From assembly GCA_030265395.1 (NCBI GenBank), contig JARFYF010000029.1, positions 12,808,494 to 12,872,493 on the forward strand: a stretch of DNA of 64,000 nt, given 5' to 3'. The notes beneath the pieces are model-generated. The model did no database searches. It was not told the DNA's origin and worked only from the letters and a program-made list of their open reading frames with translations. Positions within the stretch are counted from its first letter, which is position 1, and each line of letters opens with the position of its first letter. A program made the translations under genes and the position numbers. Shown in pieces: positions 63,701-64,000 of the stretch. The DNA comes from Rhina ancylostomus. Its lineage: Eukaryota.

Positions 63701-64000
63701 AGATGAGCATATCATTGCCTCCTGTCAGAGATCCCTGATCCACATGTTGTGGCCAGTCATGGCCATAATATTGCCTTCAGTAATGGGTATTGCCAGCTGT
63801 GGCATGACTGACAGAGTCATGGAACAGGCACCTCAGTAGCTAAATGCTGGAGGAAGCTCTCCCCGTTAGTTTAAGCACTTTGTGGACTTTGGATGCTGTC
63901 TCTGCAAATTTCAATGAGTTCTGAAGCTGCCCATTAAGTTCCCCAACATTGGCAGAGTAGCCCTTCAAATAACGGTAAAAGCAACAAATCGTCTCCTGTG

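Overview
Eukaryotic draft-assembly DNA with many N gaps. The repeat content (HE1/V-type tRNA SINEs, CR1/HER1-like, L2 and Tx1 LINEs, Deu-domain SINEs, Penelope-like termini, decayed Harbinger) points to a cartilaginous fish, probably a ray or shark. The only host protein-coding sequence I can support is the last three coding exons of CADPS2 (CAPS2) on the + strand: 9406-9513, 40299-40403 and 44053-44232, all phase 0, followed by a 3'UTR to about 45.15 kb. The 30.8-kb penultimate intron holds transposon debris plus several repeat-free, homeodomain/E-box/SOX/TCF-rich blocks. A CpG-retaining, AT-rich, transposon-poor domain of about 9 kb (43.4-52.5 kb) covers the gene end and downstream DNA. Both fit the CADPS2-FEZF1 regulatory neighbourhood of other vertebrates, although no FEZF1 coding sequence is present here. 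Smaller oddities: a perfect 30-bp-arm palindrome, two solo LTRs of one family with intact 5-bp TSDs, a Tx1 insertion with a TSD, hammerhead-ribozyme relics, and a promoter-like motif cluster followed by a possible secreted-peptide-like exon inside the intron. No prokaryotic-type system (CRISPR, operon) is present, and I cannot demonstrate a new biological system from the sequence alone. Repeat family names come from recognition, not from a database search.
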